A stretch of DNA of 64,000 nt from assembly GCA_965223325.1 (NCBI GenBank), contig CBDCWI010000002.1, forward strand, positions 2,048,001 through 2,112,000, read 5' to 3'. The DNA comes from Candidatus Multivoradales bacterium (GTDB taxonomy: Bacteria; Acidobacteriota; Thermoanaerobaculia; Multivoradales; Multivoraceae). This document shows positions 57,403-64,000 of the stretch, piece by piece. The position numbers and the translations under genes were made by a program. The notes beneath the pieces are model-generated. The model was not told the DNA's origin, ran no database searches, and saw only the letters and a list, made by a program, of their open reading frames with translations. Positions within the stretch are counted from its first letter, which is position 1; every line of letters starts with the position of its first letter.

Positions 57403-59130
57403 ATGAAACTCGCACACCGTTCGCTCCCTCTGCTCATGGCTTCTGCCCTCATCGTCAGCGGCCTCGCGGTCACGGGCTGTGACAGCGGCGACACCGCCGA
57501 CGCCACAGCGTCGTCTGACGACTACACCGAAACAACGACCGGAGCCGAAGTCGCACGCCGCGGCCTGGCCAAGTATCAGTCCGTCAAGCTCACCAGCGAT
57601 CTGCCCCTCACGGACACTGAGCGTGAGCTCGTCGGTCACCTGATCCAGGCGGCCGACGCCATGACGCCGGTCTTCTGGGTCCAGGCCTACGGCGACCCGC
57701 AGGAGCTCTCGGGTGACATCACCGACCCGTCGGTGCTCGAATTCACCAAGATCAACTTCGGGCCGTGGGACCGTCTCGACGGCAACGCACCGTTTCTAGA
57801 CGGCTACGGGCCGAAACCTAAAGGCGCCAACCTCTACCCCAGCGACATCACCGCCGAAGAGCTGAACAAGGCCATCGAGGCAGCCCAGGCTGTCGACGAC
57901 ATCGAGCGGGCCGAAGCGCTCTCCGGGCTCTACACCCTGGTGCGCCGCGACGACCACGGCAAGCTGATCACCATTCCCTACAGCGAAGCGTTCGCTGAAG
58001 AGTTCGGCGAAGCGGCCGGCCATCTGCGCGCCGCCGCCGAGCTCGCTGAAGACCCCGGCCTGCGTCGGCACCTGGAGCTGCGCGCCGAGGCGCTTCTCAG
58101 CGACCAGTACTACGAATCTGATCTGGCCTGGATGGAAATGAAGGACAACCCGATCGACATCGTCATCGGCCCGATCGAAACCTACGAAGACCAACTCGCC
58201 GGCTACAAAGCGGCCGCCGAGGCATACGTTCTGATCAAGGACCGCGCTTGGAGCGAGCGACTGGCGCGCTACGCAGCGTTCCTACCCGAACTCCAACGCG
58301 GCATCCCGGTAGACGCCGCCTACAAGGCTGAAATGCCCGGAAGCGAAGCCGACCTCAACGCCTACGACGTCGTGTATGTCGCGGGCGACTCGAACGCCGG
58401 CTCGAAGACCATCGCTATCAATCTCCCCAACGACGAACGAGTACAGCTTGCCAAGGGAACCCGACGCCTGCAGCTGAAGAACGCGATGCGCGCCAAGTTC
58501 GATCACATCCTGGTACCTCTCGCGGACGTTCTGATCGCTGAGGATCAACGGCAGTACGTCAGCTTCGACGCCTTCTTCGGCAACACCATGTTCCATGAAG
58601 TCGCCCATGGCCTCGGCATCAAGAACACCATCGACGGAAGCGACACGGTGCGCAAGGCGCTCAAAGAGCAAGCCTCGGCAATGGAAGAAGGAAAAGCCGA
58701 CGTGCTCGGCCTCTACATGGTCAGTCAGCTGCACGACAAGGGTGAAATCACAGATACCACGATCGAAGACAACATGGTGACCTTCGTCGCCTCGATCTTC
58801 CGTTCGATTCGCTTCGGCGCGGCAAGCGCCCACGGCCGCGCCAACGTCGCGCGCTTCGGGTTCTTCAAGGAACAGGGCGCCTTCGTCCGCGACGCCGAAA
58901 CCGGCACCTGGCGCGTCGACTTCGAGAAGATGCGCTCGGCCATGGACGCTTTGTCCGCGAAGATCCTCACACTGCAAGGCGACGGCGACTACGACGGTGC
59001 CAAGGAGTTCTTCGAGACCTACGGCGAGATCGACGATGAACTACAAGCCGACCTCGACCGTCTGAGAGACGCAGGCATTCCCGTCGACATCGTTTACGAA
59101 CAGGGCCCGCAGGTGCTGTGGGGCGAGTAG
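57403..59130 (+). CDS. Lipoprotein Zn-dependent hydrolase, peptidase M49 (DPP III)-like
   Basis: Lipobox VTGC, NFGPWDRL, GPIETYED, INLPND, HEVAHG, EEGKAD. Confidence 0.9.
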   Translation: MKLAHRSLPLLMASALIVSGLAVTGCDSGDTADATASSDDYTETTTGAEVARRGLAKYQSVKLTSDLPLTDTERELVGHLIQAADAMTPVFWVQAYGDPQELSGDITDPSVLEFTKINFGPWDRLDGNAPFLDGYGPKPKGANLYPSDITAEELNKAIEAAQAVDDIERAEALSGLYTLVRRDDHGKLITIPYSEAFAEEFGEAAGHLRAAAELAEDPGLRRHLELRAEALLSDQYYESDLAWMEMKDNPIDIVIGPIETYEDQLAGYKAAAEAYVLIKDRAWSERLARYAAFLPELQRGIPVDAAYKAEMPGSEADLNAYDVVYVAGDSNAGSKTIAINLPNDERVQLAKGTRRLQLKNAMRAKFDHILVPLADVLIAEDQRQYVSFDAFFGNTMFHEVAHGLGIKNTIDGSDTVRKALKEQASAMEEGKADVLGLYMVSQLHDKGEITDTTIEDNMVTFVASIFRSIRFGAASAHGRANVARFGFFKEQGAFVRDAETGTWRVDFEKMRSAMDALSAKILTLQGDGDYDGAKEFFETYGEIDDELQADLDRLRDAGIPVDIVYEQGPQVLWGE

Positions 59131-59155
59131 CCCTCCAGGAGTTGGCCCTAGTGGG

Positions 59156-59959
59156 CTAGCCGCCCGGCTGCTCGTCGAGCCAGGTCCTGATCGCCTGACG
59201 AAACTGCGGCTTCATCAGCGCCGACGCGTGGGTCGCGTCGTCGATCAACACCAACGGAACATCGGGACGAACCTCACGCAGGGGTTTCACAGACCGTTCG
59301 TAGAGCCCGTCCTTCTCACCAACGATGGCGATCATCGGCACATCGATCGCCTCCAGATCAGCCTTGCTGACACCGAGGGCGCCCCAGCTGTTGTAGACCG
59401 CCTGAAAAACTTCGCCATTCTTCTGACCGTCGTCCCGCCGCGCCGAGCGGAAACGCTCCTTGGTCTCCGGGTCGTCACGCGTCCACCCCATGCCGCAGAT
59501 CCCAGCCGACAGAACCCGCTCAGGATGGTCAACCACCAGCCGCAACGTGATCATGCCGCCCATCGAGTAGCCCACAACGTGCGCTTTCTCGATGCCGAGA
59601 TGATCGAGCAATCGCACCTGGTCTTCAACCATCTCTGCACCATAGGCTGACGGCGCGGTGGGCTTGTCGCTCTTGCCGTGCCCGCGGTTGTCGATCGTGA
59701 TCACGCGATAGCTGTCGACGAGCGCGTTGTTGACGCCACCGAAGCGCCAATTGAGGTTGCCGTCGGCGCGATAGCCGTGAATCAGAAGCACCGGCGGACC
59801 CTCGCCCTCGACGGTGTAGTAGATCGTCGTGCCGTTCGACTCGAACGACCCCTCATCGGGAGAGTCGGCAAGGGCAAACGGTGCGAGGGAAAACGCGACC
59901 AGAAACCAGGCAAACGAGGTGGCGAAGGTCATGTGAAAGTGATTCGACGAGCGAGTCAT
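59156..59959 (-). CDS. Exported alpha/beta hydrolase
   Basis: LIHG, DNRGHG, GYSMG, D and H near the C-terminus. Confidence 0.92.
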   Translation of the reverse strand: MTRSSNHFHMTFATSFAWFLVAFSLAPFALADSPDEGSFESNGTTIYYTVEGEGPPVLLIHGYRADGNLNWRFGGVNNALVDSYRVITIDNRGHGKSDKPTAPSAYGAEMVEDQVRLLDHLGIEKAHVVGYSMGGMITLRLVVDHPERVLSAGICGMGWTRDDPETKERFRSARRDDGQKNGEVFQAVYNSWGALGVSKADLEAIDVPMIAIVGEKDGLYERSVKPLREVRPDVPLVLIDDATHASALMKPQFRQAIRTWLDEQPGG

Positions 59960-59980
59960 GGCGACTTTCCTTCCGCGGTT

Positions 59981-60304
59981 CTAAAGGGTTCGAAGGAGGC
60001 TACACCGTCCGTCCAAACACCGAGGTCGACGGCGCACTGGCATTGACCGTGGTTGGCGACGACAACCATCTGAGCCTTGGAGAGAAGAGGGCGAACGCTC
60101 GAGAATCTCGGGAGCGTCGAGCACGCCGTGGCGACCAGGCGGACAGGTGCCGAGCAGAGAGGCGGTTCCGACCCGGTGCGGATAGCGCCGCACCAGCTCG
60201 AGCGCAGTCCTCGTGCCATAGGAGACACCGAAGATGTTGACCTCCTCATGACCGAGCTGATCCAGCGACGCCGCAAGATCGTACCGGGAAGATCCTCGAA
60301 GCAA
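59981..60304 (-). pseudogene. Fragment of an alpha/beta hydrolase (TAP-like)
   Basis: DQLGHEEVNIFGVSYGTRTALELVRRYPHRV nucleophile elbow only; no N- or C-terminal domain. Confidence 0.65.
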
Positions 60305-60400
60305 TGGGAAGCCTGTGGAAGTTCGAACGACGCAGCGTGCCTACAGCCTGAGCACGTAGCCGCCCTCATTCCCTCAGCACCATCGACTACGGGGCCTGAA

Positions 60401-62569
60401 TCAGGTGATTCCGCGCTCCGCCTTGAGCTCCAAGCGACGCGAGTGCAGGATCGGCTCGGTGTACCCCGATGGCTGCTCTGCTCCCTTGAGCACCAGGTCA
60501 CAGGCGGCCTTGAACGCCACACCGTCGTAGCTCGGCGCCATCGGCGTATAGGCGGGATCGCCCTCGTTCTGCTTGTCGACCACCGCCGCCATGCGCTCGA
60601 AGGTTTCGCGCACTTCGTCTTCGGTGACGACACCCCAGAGCAGCCAGTTGGCCATGTGTTGACTGGAGATGCGGCAGGTGGCTCGATCCTCCATCAACCC
60701 GACATCGTTGATGTCGGGCACCTTGGAGCAACCAACGCCCTGATCGACCCAACGCACGACGTAACCCAGAATCCCCTGAGCGTTGTTGTCGAGCTCGGCC
60801 TTCTTCTCGTCCGCCGTCCAGGGCGGCGAGGCCACCACCGGGATCTGCAGTAGCTGATCGATCGTGGCGCGCGGGCCGGCGGCGGCGAGTTCCTCTTGAC
60901 GCGCCAGCACATCGATGCGGTGGTAGTGCGTGGCATGCAGAGTTGCAGCTGTGGGTGAGGGCACCCAAGCACAGTTGGCCCCGGCCTGAGGGTGACCGAC
61001 CTTTTCTTCGAGCATGTTGCCCATCAGATCGGGCGCCGCCCACATTCCTTTGCCGATCTGCGCCTTACCGCGCAGCCCGGTCGCCAAGCCCACGTCGACG
61101 TTCCAGTCTTCGTAAGCACTGATCCAGGTCTGCGCCTTCATCTGCGTTTTACGCACGAAGGGTCCGGCATGCATCGAAGTGTGAATCTCGTCGCCCGTAC
61201 GATCGAGGAATCCGGTGTTGATGAACACAACGCGCGACTTCACCGCGCGAATGCACTCCTTGAGATTGAGCGTGGTGCGCCGCTCCTCGTCCATCACGCC
61301 GATCTTGACGGTGTTGCGCGGTAAACCGAGTACGTCTTCGACCCGACCGAAGATCTCGTTGGTGAACGCCACCTCCTCGGGGCCGTGCATTTTCGGTTTG
61401 ACGACGTAGACCGAGCCGCTGCGCGAGTTGCGCTTCCCTTCGGTCTTTTGGAGATCGTGCTTGGCACACAGTACCGTGATCATCGCGTCGAGCAACCCCT
61501 CCGGTGCTTCGTTGCCATCACGATCGAGCACCGCCGGATTGGTCATCAGGTGGCCGACGTTGCGCACCAACATCAGCGCGCGGCCCGCCTTGACCATCGA
61601 CCCGCCACCGGGAGTCGAGAACTCACGGTCCTCGACCAGAGAACGAGTGAAGGTGACGCCTGCCTTGGTCACCTCCTCGGTAAGCTCGCTGTTCATCAAC
61701 CCGAGCCAGTTGCGGTAGGTGACCACCTTGTCGGGAGCATCGACCGCGGCAACAGAATCCTCGCAGTCCATGATCGCGGTGACCGCAGCCTCGAGCAGAA
61801 TGTCGGCAACACCGGCACCATCGTCCTTGCCGACGTTGTGCTCGCGGTCGACCAGGATGATCACGCCCAGGCCGTTGTTCTCCAGCAAGAGCGACGACGG
61901 AGTCGCAGCGTCACCGGTGTAGCCGGCGAAGGCCGATGGATTACGCAACCCAACCGTCGAGCCGTCCTCGAGAGTCACCGCCAGAGCGCCGCCCGTCACG
62001 GCATAGAGAGTCGCACCGGCATGAGAACCGCTCGCGAGCGGAAAGATCTCGTCGAGAAAGCCGCGTCCCCACGCAATGACGCGATCACCGCGCGCGGTGT
62101 CGTAGGGCCCCGGAGGAGCAGAATCTCCCATCGCATCGGTGCCGTAGAGCGCATCGTAGAGCGAACCCCAACGCGCGTTGGCAGCGTTGAGCGCGTAGCG
62201 CGCATTCATCACAGGTACCACCAACTGGGGGCCTGGAATCAAAGCCAGCTCGGGATCGGCATTCTCGGTATCGATCGCAAAGTCGGGACCTTCAGGCACG
62301 AGGTAGCCGATCTCCTCGAGAAAGGCGCGGTACGCCGCGGCATCGTGAGACTGACCGGCCCGTTCTTTGTGCCACTGGTCGATCGCTTCTTGCATGTGCT
62401 CACGGACAGCCAACAGTTCACGATTGCGCGGACCGAGTTCGTGAATCAATGCCGAAAGCCCGGTGAAGAAGTCGGTCGGATCGACGCCGGATCCGGGCAA
62501 CGCCTCGTTGGTCAGGAAATCATGCAGTTCGGGAGCGATCTGAAGGCCGTCGATGGTCACACGGGTCAT
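60401..62569 (-). CDS. glcB: Malate synthase G
   Basis: [56 protein letters not shown]. Confidence 0.98.
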   Translation of the reverse strand: MTRVTIDGLQIAPELHDFLTNEALPGSGVDPTDFFTGLSALIHELGPRNRELLAVREHMQEAIDQWHKERAGQSHDAAAYRAFLEEIGYLVPEGPDFAIDTENADPELALIPGPQLVVPVMNARYALNAANARWGSLYDALYGTDAMGDSAPPGPYDTARGDRVIAWGRGFLDEIFPLASGSHAGATLYAVTGGALAVTLEDGSTVGLRNPSAFAGYTGDAATPSSLLLENNGLGVIILVDREHNVGKDDGAGVADILLEAAVTAIMDCEDSVAAVDAPDKVVTYRNWLGLMNSELTEEVTKAGVTFTRSLVEDREFSTPGGGSMVKAGRALMLVRNVGHLMTNPAVLDRDGNEAPEGLLDAMITVLCAKHDLQKTEGKRNSRSGSVYVVKPKMHGPEEVAFTNEIFGRVEDVLGLPRNTVKIGVMDEERRTTLNLKECIRAVKSRVVFINTGFLDRTGDEIHTSMHAGPFVRKTQMKAQTWISAYEDWNVDVGLATGLRGKAQIGKGMWAAPDLMGNMLEEKVGHPQAGANCAWVPSPTAATLHATHYHRIDVLARQEELAAAGPRATIDQLLQIPVVASPPWTADEKKAELDNNAQGILGYVVRWVDQGVGCSKVPDINDVGLMEDRATCRISSQHMANWLLWGVVTEDEVRETFERMAAVVDKQNEGDPAYTPMAPSYDGVAFKAACDLVLKGAEQPSGYTEPILHSRRLELKAERGIT

Positions 62570-62704
62570 GGAAGGAGAGATTCCTATGAGGTCAGCTACA
62601 GGTCAATAGGCGTTCAGCCTACGGCGTGAAGACACCGGCTGAGCAGGTCTTTAGCGAGAACGATCATTGTCTCGCAAGAACCAGCTCTACGCCAGTGGCG
62701 CGGG

Positions 62705-62783
62705 GTAGGCCGTGAGGCCGTAGGCCGTGGGGGGGTGCTGACGCCTTGTACCGGGTGACGCCTTGTGACGCCTTGTACCGGGT
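62705..62783. repeat. Direct repeats upstream of the transposase
   Basis: GTAGGCCGTG x2 (62705, 62720); TGACGCCTTGTACCGGGT x2 (62739, 62766) with a partial TGACGCCTTG at 62756. Confidence 0.8.
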
Positions 62784-62841
62784 AGTTCGGGCAGCGCGAA
62801 ACGGCCTTGACGGTTTGTAAGGAACCCGCGATGTTCTACGT

Positions 62842-62920
62842 CCTATGAGACGGTGGTTCCTACCTCGGTGACGACGGCTGGTGCGCAGTCAGGGTTCGCG
62901 GCCGGTTTGCGTCTCATAGG
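62842..62920 (+). promoter_or_regulatory. 11-bp inverted repeat ending 2 nt before the transposase ATG
   Basis: CCTATGAGACG (62842-62852) / CGTCTCATAGG (62910-62920); ATG at 62923. Confidence 0.65.
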
Positions 62921-62922
62921 GT

Positions 62923-63912
62923 ATGAGAAACCCCCGGTGGCTTCCGCCCGACAACTTGTACGAAGTGACGCTCAAGACCTTCCAGAGCAGGTTCTTCTTT
63001 ATCCCCTCGAAGAGGCTCAACGAACTCCTCATCGGAGTCCTCGCCTACGCCCAGGCGAAGTTCGGCCTCGGCCTGTGCTTCGTCGTGTTCATGACGAATC
63101 ACGCCCATCTCTTGATCCGTGCTGAGTCGGCCGAGCAGATCCGTGACTTCCTCTGCCTGGCCGACTCCCAGATCGCCAAAGAGGTGCAACGCTTCTTTCG
63201 ACCCATCCGCAAGTGGACTGGAGGCATCTTCGCTGGTCGTCCCGAGATCACGATCGTGACCCATGAACCAGAGGCCCAGATCGCCCGCTTGCGCTACCTC
63301 ATGTCGCAGGGCTTGAAGGAGGGTCTGGTTCCTCACCCCTCGAAGTGGCCCGGCGTTCACTCTGCCAAAGCGCTTCTCTCCGGCAGCATGAAGCACACCG
63401 GGGTGTGGGTGAGGCGCAGTGAGATGTACGACGTGACCCGAACCAGACAAAGGCTCGAGAAGCGCCAGCGGGTTCGTCGGAAGAAGCGCTTCGACCCCAA
63501 GCAGTTCGAAGACCGGCTCACCCTCGAGCTTTCACCGCTGCCCTGCTGGGACGGCCTTGATCCTGCCGAGATCACACGGCGCTCCCGGGAACTGTGCAAC
63601 GAGCTCCTCGTGGAACACGCCGAGGCGCGTGCCCGCGTCCCGCGCGACTACAAGAAGCGCCTGACCGACACGAGCCAATTCGCCTACCAGCCGGAGCACT
63701 CGAAGAAGAGTGAGCGCCCGAAGGTCCACGCTGCGACGTTTGAGATGTGGCAGCACTACGTGGACATGCGCGACCTGTGGATCGACCGTTACCGCCTTGC
63801 GTCGGCTCGACTGCGAAAGGGCATCAGGGGAGCCCTTGATGAGTTTCCCGAGCATGCGTTCATCCCGACAGGTCTCTACATGCCCGCTCCCGAGGGGTTG
63901 CCGCCACCGTAG
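62923..63912 (+). mobile_element. RAYT / IS200-like HUH (Y1) tyrosine transposase with C-terminal extension
   Basis: MRNPR...YEVT...RFFF, FMTNHAHLLI (HUH), LRY...KEGLV..P..WPGVHS; no tnpB seen, but the window ends 88 bp later. Confidence 0.85.
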
Positions 63913-64000
63913 CGTTCTCGCGCGTGGTCGGGTCTGGCCGGCCGCTCATCACCGTCAGATGGGGCATTTCAAGAAGAGGGTGGGGCTCTTCCGGGGTGGG

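Noticed and set aside
59128-59160. TAGCCC...GGGCTA hairpin between convergent genes
   Set aside because: Weak stem and no U-tract; not called as a terminator.

Overview
High-GC bacterial chromosomal window. Gene content (Ser/Thr kinase-TolB-TPR, GWxTD/VWA protein, Calx-beta autotransporter, a protease C-terminal 'LFWFF..N.E.LVKVL.GC' domain) points to Acidobacteriota, probably Thermoanaerobaculia-like; this is inference. Most genes are housekeeping or envelope functions: mdh, glcB, iorAB-like, asnB, GST, MFS, LysE, GH3-beta-lactamase fusion with an SSS transporter, and several secreted peptidases. No rRNA, tRNA or CRISPR array was seen. Main points: (1) a >2490-aa multidomain secreted protein on the minus strand (1..7492) that the ORF track misses because it runs off the window edge; (2) a ~6.8 x 201-bp tandem array (53804..55178) whose units can fold into multi-stem structures and which also keeps an open frame; (3) a dispersed intergenic element (34-bp head plus 11-bp-period GCCCGGG repeats) at two loci; (4) a RAYT/IS200-like HUH transposase with flanking direct repeats and an RBS-sequestering inverted repeat; (5) a divergent pair of receiver-less histidine kinases, one with an HNOBA-like input and one sensor-less ending in a sliding-clamp-like QLDLF motif; (6) creD interrupted by one in-frame TAG. 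All family calls come from motif recognition by eye, not database searches.
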